DNA from: Gemmatimonadota bacterium
Lineage (GTDB): Bacteria > Gemmatimonadota > Gemmatimonadetes > Longimicrobiales > Gaopeijiaceae
Reading direction: 5' to 3'
DNA: 64,000 nt
NCBI GenBank assembly: GCA_039589315.1
Contig: JBDHHQ010000015.1
Location: forward strand, 63,703-127,702
The notes beneath the pieces were generated by a model. It had not been told where the DNA came from and ran no database searches. It saw nothing but the letters and a program-made list of their open reading frames with translations. Both the position numbers and the translations under genes were made by a program. Each line of letters starts with the position of its first letter. The first letter of the stretch is position 1. Below, one piece after another: positions 1 to 10,699 of this stretch.

Positions 1-359
1 GCCGCGTAGGACGTGGCCCAGTCCGTGCCCAGTGACCGCCGGAGCAGGAAGCCCCCCACGCCGTTGTTGAGGAAGACCTCGTTCTCCCCCGCCCAGTGAC
101 GACCGTTGGCCACCACCACGTCGAGGTCGCCGTCGCCGTCCACGTCCCCGAACGTCAGCGACGCTGACCGATCCAACCCGGTGCCCAGCCAACCGTACCG
201 GGGCATCTCGAAGACCCGGCTCTGGCCAGCGAGCGCCCAGGGCGCCATTGCTCCGAGCAGGATGCCCATCAGAGTCGCACGCGCCCGCCCCTGGCGTACG
301 CCGCGCGGTTTCGGGGGCACGCTATGGTCCTCGGCTCGGCCCCGCAGCTCGTGAGTCAC
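1..359 (-). CDS. FG-GAP/VCBS repeat-containing secreted protein, 3' end runs off the window
   Basis: Manual translation (not in ORF track): hydrophobic segment MGILLGAMAPWALA then FG-GAP motif FGDVDGDGDLDVVVANG...NEVFLNNG. Start GTG 359 or ATG 269. Confidence 0.8.
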   Translation of the reverse strand, partial: MTHELRGRAEDHSVPPKPRGVRQGRARATLMGILLGAMAPWALAGQSRVFEMPRYGWLGTGLDRSASLTFGDVDGDGDLDVVVANGRHWAGENEVFLNNGVGGFLLRRSLGTDWATSYA

Positions 360-385
360 CGTCGTCCGCCCTGACCCGTGGGCAC

Positions 386-1776
386 TCACGGCACATTGCC
401 CCCGGTACCCCGACCCAGGTGCCGGTCCAGTTGATCGTCCAATGCCGCGATGAGCTCGGCATCCGCGTCGGCCACGATGTTGGTCAGCTCATGCGGGTCC
501 TCGGTGAGGTCGTACAGCTCGTCCATGCCGTCGAGCTCCTCGTACCGGATGTACTTGTGGCGCTCCGTCCGAAGGGCTCGGTATCCCATGTTCGCGACGC
601 GTGGGAAGACCTCGTCCGTGTAGTACTCGATGGCGAAGCTGTCCCGCCAATCCCCCACCGGCGACCCTCCCACGATCGGGACCATGGAGAGGCCGTTCAT
701 GTCCGACGGTGGCACCACGTTACCCAGCTCGAGCAGCGTTGGCGCCATGTCCAGGTTGGTGGCCAGCGAGGTCACTACGGATCCGGGCGGAGCCAGGGGT
801 GGGTATCGGATGATGAGGGGAATCCGGATGCTGGGCTCATACGCCAGCCTGCGCTCCTGCGCCAATCCGAATTCCCCATAGAAGAACCCCTGATCGCTGG
901 TCAAGACGATCACCGTGTTGTCGGCTTCGCCGACCTCTTCCAGCGCGCCCATGATCTCGCCCACTCCACGGTCCACGGCGCTCAACATGCGGAGACGGCC
1001 CAGGATCACGTCGTCGGGCGTGCCGCCCGGGGGACTCCGGGGGTCGTCGTAATCCGTCGTGCGGGCCAGCGCTCCCCGGGTGCCGGTGGGAAGCTGCGCA
1101 CACGGCCCGGCAGCACCTCGGGGTGGACGGCCTTGTGGGCGACGAAGACCACGAAGGGCCGCTCCCGGTCGGTCCCGCGGATGAAGTCGGTGGCGTAACG
1201 GGTGAGGATGTCCGTCATGTACCCCGACTCCTTGGCGGCAACGCCGTCGAGGTTCATGTCGGGGTCGAAGTACACGCCCTGTCCTACGAAGCTGACCCAT
1301 CGATCGAAGCCGGGTCGCGGGCTGTCGTCCTCATGCCCCATGTGCCACTTGCCCACGAACCCGGATTGGTAGCCCGCCGCGTTCAGCAACGCCGGAAACG
1401 TAGGGATCGCGTGGCTCTCCGCGGCGCGTTCTCCATTGTCGAGGATGCCGTTGCTATGCGGGTATTGACCGGTGAGAAAGACCGCCCGGCTCGGCGAGCA
1501 CAGGGGCGCGACGGTGAAGTAGTTGTCGAACCGCGCTCCTTCGGCCGCCAACCGATCGATGTTCGGGAGCTCCACGAAGGGATGGTCGTAAATGTCGTCG
1601 GCCCGGACGTCGTCGAGAAGGATAAAGACGACGTTGGGACGGGTGTCGGTGGCTGACGGTTCGCGCCCGCCACAGGCCGACGACCCCGTCGTCGTGGCGA
1701 GGACGATCAGCGCCGTCAGCAAGCCCCCGTGGGTGCTCCGTGCAAAGGTAGGGGTGGAAGTGTCGGCTCTGGTCAT
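386..1776 (-). pseudogene. Sulfatase, split by a frame change near 1070
   Basis: N-half (ORF 1006..1851 frame, ATG 1776) has PNVVFILLDD, CSPSR formylglycine motif and GKWH. C-half (ORF 386..1300 frame) has NTVIVLTSDQG, YEPSIRIPLIIRYP and ELYDLTEDPHELTN. Confidence 0.8.
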
Positions 1777-2125
1777 GGAATGCTCTCGCGGTGGAGGGAC
1801 GACACGACGAACCTGCCCGGGCCGGAGCCACCGCCGCAAGCACCGGCGCACGGGCGGCGGCGGACAGATTCGCCCTCGTCCCCCGGGGAGCCCGCTCGGT
1901 TCCGTTCATCCCGACCGACTACATGTCACCGGGACCAGTTGGAGGACCTGGTCGCCGCCGGGGAGGTCGTGTCGATGGTCCACGAGGCGCCCAGCGTCCG
2001 GTGGCCGTCGGCCAGCACGCCTTCTCACCTCGATGAGCCGGTCTCTTGCACCCCGACCCGTGGCCCATTCTCTTGACCTCCCCGCCCCATCGAGCTCGAT
2101 CGCCTGTCGCAGGAGGAAGTTCGGC

Positions 2126-3763
2126 ATGAAGACCCGCTCGCGTCTCCCGCTCTGGACCGCCCCGGTGGCCAGTCTCGCACTGCTCGGCCCCCTTCCTCTC
2201 CTGGCTCAAGCGGCCGACTTCGGAGAACTGGCCGAAGGACCGTACGATCGGCTGGTTATCCAGGGCGCCATGGTCATCCCGGGTCACGGTGGACCACCCG
2301 TGGGCCCGTACGACATCCTCGTCGAAGGCAACACGATCTCCGAGATGGTCCCCTTCGACCCGGTGACCGCCGAGCGGCGGGGCGACACCGAGCGTATGAC
2401 CGGCGACCGCATCATCGACGCCGAAGGCATGTACGTCATGCCCGGCATGATCGATCTCCACATGCACCTCCGGCAGGAGCCCATGGAGATCGAATACCCC
2501 TATTACCTCAAGCTCGCGCACGGTGTGACGACGCTCGTGCCCGCACCGGACCGTGGTCTCGAAGACGGAATGGAGCAGGCACGCCTCTCGGAGCAGAACC
2601 AGATCCTGGCCCCGCGGCTCTATCCAATCTGGCGCTGGGGCAGCGGAACCGAGTACGACCCTGCCTTCATCGAGGACCCGGCCAACGCCCCGCAGATCGC
2701 CGGCGAAATGGTGGCAGCGGGCGCCCACGTCGTGAGCCTGGGCAGCGTGACCTGGAGTGAGGAGCTCTTCGGCGCGGTGGCGAACGCCGTGTACGACGCC
2801 GGAGGGCTCACGACGATTCACCTGCCCCCTTCGACCAACGCCGTGGTCGACGCTGTGGCGGCGGCCCGGCTGGGCGCGACCATGATCGAGCACCACTACG
2901 GCTACGCGGAATCCGCCCTCGATCGGTCGGTCCAGGACTTCCCCCGGGAGTACAACTACAACAACGAGAACGACCGCTTCCGGCACGCGGGCAAGGTATG
3001 GGTCGAAGCCAACAACACCGCCAAGGATCGCCTTCTGAACGATGTCGTCGACTCCCTGGTGGCGTATGGGGTCACCATGCTGCCTACGCGTGTCGTATAC
3101 GAAGCCAACCGGGACTTCCTCCGGGCCGCCAACCTCCCGTGGCACGAGAAGTACACGCACCAAGCGCTGGTCAATTGGAATCTGCCCAACCCAGCGTACC
3201 ACGGCTCGTACCACTACGACTGGACGTCCGACGACGAGCAGTATTGGTACACGGCCTTCGACCTCTGGGGCGACCTGATCTACGAGTTCAACAAGCGGGG
3301 CGGCCGCGTCGCCTACGGGACCGATGACAACTACATCTGGGCCACCCCGGGATTCTCCAACATCCGGGAGCTGCAGCTGCTCCGAGAGAGCGGCATGCAC
3401 AACCTCGAGGTGATCAAGGCCGCCACGCTGAACAGCGCCGAGACGCTGCGGAAGCCCGAGCTGGGGCTGGTGCACCCAGGCTACAAGGCCGATCTGGTCA
3501 TCGTGGACGGGAATCCCGCCTACAACCTGCGCTTCATGTACTCGTTTGGAGCGCTTCGCCTGGACGACGATGGCCAGATGGTCCGAACCCAAGGCATCGT
3601 GCATACGATCAAGGACGGCATCGTCATCGAAAACGACCGGCTGATGGAAGAGATCGCCGAGATGGTGGCGCGCTCCAAGGAAGGCGTGGGACCCAACGTC
3701 ATGGAGCAGCCCTTCCTGACCCCCCGACGCACGACATTCGACGGCTCCCCCGGAGGTAGCTGA
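2126..3763 (+). CDS. Secreted amidohydrolase family protein
   Basis: AGGAGG RBS near 2111, ATG 2126, signal peptide, IIDAEGMYVMPGMIDLHMH, AYGTD, GYKADLVIVDGNP. Confidence 0.88.
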   Translation: MKTRSRLPLWTAPVASLALLGPLPLLAQAADFGELAEGPYDRLVIQGAMVIPGHGGPPVGPYDILVEGNTISEMVPFDPVTAERRGDTERMTGDRIIDAEGMYVMPGMIDLHMHLRQEPMEIEYPYYLKLAHGVTTLVPAPDRGLEDGMEQARLSEQNQILAPRLYPIWRWGSGTEYDPAFIEDPANAPQIAGEMVAAGAHVVSLGSVTWSEELFGAVANAVYDAGGLTTIHLPPSTNAVVDAVAAARLGATMIEHHYGYAESALDRSVQDFPREYNYNNENDRFRHAGKVWVEANNTAKDRLLNDVVDSLVAYGVTMLPTRVVYEANRDFLRAANLPWHEKYTHQALVNWNLPNPAYHGSYHYDWTSDDEQYWYTAFDLWGDLIYEFNKRGGRVAYGTDDNYIWATPGFSNIRELQLLRESGMHNLEVIKAATLNSAETLRKPELGLVHPGYKADLVIVDGNPAYNLRFMYSFGALRLDDDGQMVRTQGIVHTIKDGIVIENDRLMEEIAEMVARSKEGVGPNVMEQPFLTPRRTTFDGSPGGS

Positions 3764-3773
3764 CCCGGCGCCC

Positions 3774-4970
3774 GTGCCAAGGGAGGGCCCTCTGGACATC
3801 GCGAAGCTCCGCGCCGACACCCCTGGGTGCCAGCACGTCAAGCATCTGAACAACGCCGGGGCGGGCCTCATGCCCGCCCCGGTCGTTTCGGCGATCCGGG
3901 ATCATCTCGAGCTGGAGAGCCGCGTAGGCGGCTATGAGGCCGCGGATCTGCGCCGCGAGGCGGTGGAGGACACCCGTGCAGCCGTAGCGGCTCTCATCGG
4001 CGCCGCTCCGCGCAACATCGCCTTCATGGAGAATGCGACGGTAGCGTTCAACGCCGCCGTGTCGGCGATCCCCTTTGAATCCGGTGATGCCCTCCTTACG
4101 ACCCGAGCCGACTACACCTCCAATCAGATCGCGTATCTGTCCCTTGCCCAACGCTTCGGCATCGACGTGATACGGGCGCCCGACCTACCGGAGGGCGGCG
4201 TGGACCCCATGGCGGCGGCCGAGATCATCCACCGTCGGCGACCGAAGGTCGTGGCCATGACCCACGTGCCCACGAATTCAGGCCTCGTACAACAGATCGC
4301 CCCCCTTGGGCTCGTGTGCCGCGAGCGAGGCATCCCCTTCATCGTCGATGCGTGTCAGTCCGTGGGACAGCTCGCCCTCGATGTCGGCGATATCGAATGT
4401 GACTTCCTCTCCGCCACGGCCCGCAAATTCCTCCGCGGACCTCGCGGATGCGGGTTTCTCTATGTTTCGGACCGCGCACTGGACGGCGGACTCGAACCGT
4501 TGTTCATCGATATGCAGGGCGCACATTGGATAGCGGACGACCTCTACCAACCGGTGCCAGACGCTCTGCGCTTCGAAAACTGGGAGTTTGCCTACGCGCT
4601 CGTCCTCGGGCTGGGAGCGGCGGCCGAATATGCCATCGACCTCAGCCTGGACGCAGTAGAGCCTCGCGTGAAGCAGTTGGCGGAACATACCCGAGCCCGG
4701 TTGGCGAGTGTATCGGGAGTCACCGTTCTCGACCGCGGCTCGGAACGATGCGGTATCGTGACAGCCGACATAGCGGGACATTCACCCACGGATGTCGTCG
4801 CTACCCTCCGCGAGCGAGCGATCAACACGAGCGCCTCACTCTGGGAGTACGCGGTCCTCGATTTCGGCGAAAAGGCCGTTGAGGGCGCCGTCCGGATCTC
4901 GCCCCACTACTACAACACCGAGGCGGAGATAGACGCCGCCGTGGAAGTGATCGCCCAACTGGTGGCGTAG
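3774..4970 (+). CDS. Class V PLP-dependent aminotransferase / cysteine desulfurase-like lyase
   Basis: HLNNAGAG, IVDACQSVG, SATARKFLRGPRG (PLP lysine), VRISPHYYNT. Confidence 0.88.
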   Translation: MPREGPLDIAKLRADTPGCQHVKHLNNAGAGLMPAPVVSAIRDHLELESRVGGYEAADLRREAVEDTRAAVAALIGAAPRNIAFMENATVAFNAAVSAIPFESGDALLTTRADYTSNQIAYLSLAQRFGIDVIRAPDLPEGGVDPMAAAEIIHRRRPKVVAMTHVPTNSGLVQQIAPLGLVCRERGIPFIVDACQSVGQLALDVGDIECDFLSATARKFLRGPRGCGFLYVSDRALDGGLEPLFIDMQGAHWIADDLYQPVPDALRFENWEFAYALVLGLGAAAEYAIDLSLDAVEPRVKQLAEHTRARLASVSGVTVLDRGSERCGIVTADIAGHSPTDVVATLRERAINTSASLWEYAVLDFGEKAVEGAVRISPHYYNTEAEIDAAVEVIAQLVA

Positions 4971-5090
4971 TCGGAAGCGCGCGTCGTCGGACCCCGCGCA
5001 CTGGCCGCAACCGACCGGTCCGATCCGGAAGCTGCGACCAAGGGTCTGCCTCGGTGCTCTCCGGGCTTCGTCTACCCTCCGTCGAGTGGG

Positions 5091-5981
5091 CTAGAGAACG
5101 GGGTCCACGCCCATGCCCATGGCGTGGTAGCCCTTGTCGACGTACACGGTCGAGCCCGTGATCCCCGATGCCAGGGGGCTACAGAGGAACGCTGCCGTCT
5201 GACCTACCTCCTCGGCCGTGTTGGCCTCGGGCAGCGCGGCGTTCTGTTGGTAGTAGTCCACCATCGCACCGATGGCGCCGATGGCCCTGGCCGCCCGACT
5301 GGCCAGCGGCCCCGCGCTGATCGTATTCACGCGGATGCCGAACTTTCGACCAGCCTCGAACGCCAGCGTGCGTGTGTCGCTCTCGAGGGCGGCCTTGGCC
5401 GATGACATTCCTCCGCCATAACCGGGCACGACGCGCTCGGACGCCATGTACGTCAGCGAGACCACGGCCCCGCCAGGGGCCATGATAGGACCGAACCGTT
5501 GGATCATGCTCACCAGCGAGTAGGCGCTGGCGCTCAGGGCGGCCAGGTAGCCGGCCCTCGACGTCTCGATCAGAGGCTTCTGCACCTCAGGGGCATTGGC
5601 CAGCGAATGCACGAGCACGTCGCACGCGGGCATGCCGTGGTCGGCGACCAGCCGGTCCACGACGCCCTGAATGGAGTAGGCTTCCAGCTCGGCGTACCGC
5701 TTGTCCTGCCGGACATCGTCGGGCACCGCGTCGTCGGTGTCGAATACGGCATCGAGGGGGTAGATCCCCTCGATCTCCAGCTCACCGCCGCCGGGGAGGG
5801 CCGTGTCCAGCTTCCCCCGCTCCAGGCCGCGGGTGAAGATCCGCATCACCGGCGGCCAGGTGCCGACGCAGATCTTCGCGCCCGCCGATGCAAGAGCCTT
5901 GACGATGGCCCAGCCGTAGCCACGGTCGTCGGCCACTCCAGCTACGAAGGCGCGCTTTCCAGCCAGATCGATGGACAGCAT
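5091..5981 (-). CDS. fabI: Enoyl-ACP reductase (plant/chlamydial-like FabI type)
   Basis: AGVADDRGYGWAI, VGTWPP, VHSLAN, YGGGMSSAKAALESDTR, VNTISAGPLASRAA. ATG 5981. Confidence 0.9.
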   Translation of the reverse strand: MLSIDLAGKRAFVAGVADDRGYGWAIVKALASAGAKICVGTWPPVMRIFTRGLERGKLDTALPGGGELEIEGIYPLDAVFDTDDAVPDDVRQDKRYAELEAYSIQGVVDRLVADHGMPACDVLVHSLANAPEVQKPLIETSRAGYLAALSASAYSLVSMIQRFGPIMAPGGAVVSLTYMASERVVPGYGGGMSSAKAALESDTRTLAFEAGRKFGIRVNTISAGPLASRAARAIGAIGAMVDYYQQNAALPEANTAEEVGQTAAFLCSPLASGITGSTVYVDKGYHAMGMGVDPVL

Positions 5982-6094
5982 GGTGCCCCTCGTCATTTGT
6001 CGGCGTTGGCAGGGCGTCCTCCCGACCCCGCTGTCGAATCGCAAAGCTACCCGCGAGGACGGAGGGAGGGTAGGCTGGAGGAGAGCCGGCCGCA

Positions 6095-6121
6095 GGAAAC
6101 CCTGAGCGGCTCAGCCTCGTC
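6095..6121 (+). promoter_or_regulatory. Candidate ECF sigma promoter GGAAAC-N17-CGTC
   Basis: AAC/CGT(C) ECF-type elements about 40 nt upstream of the small Cys-rich gene. Confidence 0.45.
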
Positions 6122-6160
6122 TATAGAAGAGGACGCCGGGAACGGAACCGAACGAGGAGG

Positions 6161-6400
6161 ATGGGGATGATCGGCGACTTGTTGGCCTGGTACATGGAAG
6201 GCTTCACCGCCTTCTGGCACGGGATCTTCGGCGGCGGGCTCGCCCAGCTCGTCCTCATCGGCTTCTTGATCTGGTGGTTTTTCTGCCGACGGCGCAACGG
6301 CTGCTGCTGCCACCACTGCGGGTGCTGGTGCGGACGGTGTCGGTGTGAAGAGGTCCGGCTGGAGGAAGAGGAGAAGGTCGACAAGACCCAGGAGGGCTGA
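6161..6400 (+). CDS. Small membrane protein with Cys/His-rich tail
   Basis: GAGGAGG RBS (ATG 6167 has better spacing), hydrophobic segment, then CRRRNGCCCHHCGCWCGRCRC and an acidic tail. Fills the gap between neighbours. Confidence 0.7.
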   Translation: MGMIGDLLAWYMEGFTAFWHGIFGGGLAQLVLIGFLIWWFFCRRRNGCCCHHCGCWCGRCRCEEVRLEEEEKVDKTQEG

Positions 6401-6401
6401 C

Positions 6402-6819
6402 TCAGGGACACGCCTCCTCGAGGAGCTCGACGTTCCGGAGGCCCTCGGCTCCGTCCACCTCGGGCTCTCTGCCCTGGCGGATCGCTTCGCCGAAGTGCTC
6501 CAGCTCCCCGACGTACGGGTCGCACGGCGTGTAGAGCACCGAGCCCTGCCGGGTCTCTACCCGTCCCTTGCCGTGCGGACCGAGGGTACCCGTGGCCAGC
6601 GCATAGCCCTCCGCGCCGTATACCTCCACACGTGACGGCGCGCCGAAGAGCACGGACGAGGTGAGCTCCGCCGTAGCTCCGGACTCGAAGCGGAGCGCGA
6701 GCACCGCGGTCTCATCGTGGGGCCCGCCCCAGATCGCCTGCGAATGCACGAGTGGCAATGCCACCGGTGCCGAGGAGCGCGAGGTTCAGGAGCTCGGCGT
6801 AGTTCACGAGCCTCGCCAT
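6402..6819 (-). pseudogene. Gfo/Idh/MocA oxidoreductase remnant with large internal deletion
   Basis: ATG 6819 after GGAGG gives MARLVNYAELLNLALLGTGGIATRA (Rossmann GxGxIA), which stops early. A different frame carries the C-terminus DETAVLALRFESGA...RVEVYGAEG...ELEHFGEAIRQG...DGAEGLRNVELLE. Confidence 0.75.
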
Positions 6820-6897
6820 CCTCCGCCTCCGTCTCCGCTCTCCAGATTCGCCTTGCTGCAATCGACTGACCACCTGATGAGGGCCTTCACGCGGGCC

Positions 6898-8195
<1,298 letters not shown>

Positions 8196-8196
<1 letters not shown>

Positions 8197-8801
8197 CAGC
8201 CGCCCTCTGGCGCTTCCGGCGCCCCATGGGGGCTGGCAGGGCCATGAGGATCGTGGGGAGGCACCGAGTCCGATTCGGCAAAGCCACCGCCCCGCAGGAT
8301 GCCGATCTGCTTGATCGCCTCGCTGATCCCCTGGAGAAGCAACAGGGCGAAGCAGATCAGGATGACGGTCTTGATCGGGTACCGGGCCAGTCCCCCCGGA
8401 TCCGGCGACGTCTCACGGATCGACCAGGAATTCCGGACCGGAGGCCATGACACGTACAGCATCAGCACGCTGAACGGGATCAGGAACAGGATCGTCCCGA
8501 ACAGGTCGATCCACGCCCGACGGCGGGCACTCAGGCGCTCGTACATGACGTCTACCCGCACGTGCGCCCCGTACTTCAGCCCCCAGGCGGCCGCCAGGAG
8601 GAACACAAGGCTGAACATGTACCACTGTAGATCCAGGAAGGCGTTGGAGCTCAGGGAGACGCCGGCGAAACGGGTCGCGTACCGCAACAGCGCGTTTGCG
8701 GAGCCCACGACGACCATGGCCAACGTCAGCCACTGGATGACGCCGCCGATCCGGTCGTTCATCCGGTCGATGGCTGCGGAGAACCTCAGGAGCTGCCTCA
8801 C
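8196..8801 (-). CDS. dctQ: TRAP transporter small permease
   Basis: GTG 8801 overlaps the upstream TGA; LQWYMFSLVFLL, HVRVDVMY, ETSPDPGGL; about 4 TM. Confidence 0.9.
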
Positions 8802-10612
8802 GGGGTCCCCCCGGCCCGCCGATCGTCCAGCCATCGGTCGACGCGCCGTTCGAGCACGATCATGGGTAACGACCCATGCTCCATCAGGGCCTCGTGGAAT
8901 GCCGACAGTTGGAACGCATCCCCCTGGGCCGCTTCGGCCCTGGCGCGCAGATCCACGAACATGCGCTTCCCCATCTGGTAGCCGAGGGCCTGTCCCGGAA
9001 TGTCCGTGGAGTAGCGAAGGGACTCGGTGGCGATCTGGGTCTCCGACTCCAGCGTGTTCTCCCGCATGAACTCCCGTCCCTCTTCGAGGGTCATGCCGAA
9101 GTAGTTCATGCCCGGGTCCACAACCAGGCGAGTCGCCAGGAAGCTCTCGAGAGCGTAGAGCCCGTAGCGGGAATAGGGGTCCTGGTAGACGCCAGCCTCC
9201 AGGCCGAGAAACGACGCATAGGAGCCCCATCCCTCGGTGTACGCGGTGTGTCGGCGCGAGCGCCGGAGCTCTGGGAGCGCCCGATTCTCCATTTGGCGCG
9301 CGACGTGGAAGTGGTGGCCAGGGATGAGCTCGTGGAGCCCCACCGCCACCAGGTTGATCCAGCTCCGCTCGTCCAGGCGGGAGCCGTTGAAGTTGTAGTA
9401 ACCGGCAGGGTCGGCATCCGACGGCGGATTGTAGAAGCCGTACGTCATCGTGGGCTCGAGGTCGGCGCGCAGTCGGCGGACGCCGTAGGGCGCTTGCTGC
9501 GTCACCTCGAAGTAGTGGTGGATGCGCCCCCACATGGAGTCCGCGGCGCTCTTCAATCGCTCGGCGACCTCGTCGGGTGACTCCGGAAAGAAGCGGGGGT
9601 CGGTCCGCAGCATGGCGTGGAACTCCTCACGCGTGCCTCCGAACCCCACTTCGAGCCGAATCTCTTCCATGCCCCGGCGAAGGTCGGCGAGGAGCTCGCG
9701 CCCCACTTGCTGCACCTCCTCCGGCGTCACCTCCATCGTGGTGTTGAGCCGAGTCAAGTAGCGATAATACTCGACCCCTCCCGGGTACCGGGTCAGGCCC
9801 ACGCCCTCGGGAGCCAATGCCCGGTAGGGACCCTCCAGGTAGTCGGCCAGCGATCGGTAGGCCGGGGCCACCTCCTCGTCCACGAGCCTACGCAGCTCGC
9901 TGTGAAACGCCGCTCCATCGGTCTCCGCCAGACCCTCGAGCCGTTGGTCCGATGGCCAGAGCATGCTCTCTTCGGCGGATACGGCCTGGGCGCGCCACGT
10001 GGCGGCAACGTTGTCGAGGTTGGCCCGGGAGACCGCGATGCCCCGTTCTGCCTGACCCCGCGCCCGCTCCTCCGTCGCTGTAATGAACGCCGGCAGCCTC
10101 CGCACCAGAGCCAGGTACGCCTGGGTCTCCTCTTCGGTGGTCAGGGGAAGAGCCGGATACAGCAGTCCCAACGTCCTGAGATGAGACGCGTAAGGGGTCA
10201 GGAAGCTCTCGAGCCAGAAGTGCTCCACGCCTTCCACCGCCATGGAGGTCTCCCACAGCAGGGCCTCGAGGGTAAGCTCTTCGGAGAGGGTGAGGTCCGC
10301 CCGCTCCACGGCGGCCAATCGAGACAGGAAGCCCCGTTGCACCTCGGCCTCGGATCCCGCGTCCGCGAATGAGACGGGCGGCAGCTCGGTGACCGGAAGC
10401 CCCCGCTGAATCCGTTCCAGCACGTCGGTCTCGATGTCGTGCGCCCACATGTCGGCAACGATGGCTTCCAGCTGGACGGACCCGCCGGGAGCGGTGTCTT
10501 GGCTCTGTGTGCACGCGCCCATCGACAGCGTCGCGCCCAGGGCCAGACCCACGCCGGCTCGATAGGGGAGTGTGACGGAGATCGTCGAACCGCGGGTGGG
10601 GAGTCGGGACAT
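8798..10612 (-). CDS. DUF885 family lipoprotein (putative Zn-metallopeptidase-like)
   Basis: ATG 10612 with GGAGG, lipobox-like MGAC, HELIPGHHFH, AYTEGWGSY, RLVVDPGMN, PGQALGYQMG. Confidence 0.88.
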   Translation of the reverse strand: MSRLPTRGSTISVTLPYRAGVGLALGATLSMGACTQSQDTAPGGSVQLEAIVADMWAHDIETDVLERIQRGLPVTELPPVSFADAGSEAEVQRGFLSRLAAVERADLTLSEELTLEALLWETSMAVEGVEHFWLESFLTPYASHLRTLGLLYPALPLTTEEETQAYLALVRRLPAFITATEERARGQAERGIAVSRANLDNVAATWRAQAVSAEESMLWPSDQRLEGLAETDGAAFHSELRRLVDEEVAPAYRSLADYLEGPYRALAPEGVGLTRYPGGVEYYRYLTRLNTTMEVTPEEVQQVGRELLADLRRGMEEIRLEVGFGGTREEFHAMLRTDPRFFPESPDEVAERLKSAADSMWGRIHHYFEVTQQAPYGVRRLRADLEPTMTYGFYNPPSDADPAGYYNFNGSRLDERSWINLVAVGLHELIPGHHFHVARQMENRALPELRRSRRHTAYTEGWGSYASFLGLEAGVYQDPYSRYGLYALESFLATRLVVDPGMNYFGMTLEEGREFMRENTLESETQIATESLRYSTDIPGQALGYQMGKRMFVDLRARAEAAQGDAFQLSAFHEALMEHGSLPMIVLERRVDRWLDDRRAGGTP

Positions 10613-10699
10613 GGCCTCCACCCTACTGTCCGCAGGTATGGGGGAGCAAACACGAAGGCTGATCGAAGGCATGGGCTTGCCGGTGAGCCATGCGGCGCA

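Noticed and set aside
1592..2125. Long N-terminal extensions in the ORF track (amidohydrolase; likewise ECF sigma, dctQ, dsbA, YtcJ-like, sufU)
   Set aside because: They overlap other genes and are Arg/Pro-rich noise; downstream starts with RBS or stop/start overlaps fit better.
1919..3871. Long antisense/shadow ORFs (650 aa here; also 32968..34380 +, 37175..38545 +, 39362..40684 +, 52841..54640 -)
   Set aside because: They mirror well-supported genes on the other strand and lack motifs; long stop-free shadow frames are expected at this GC content.
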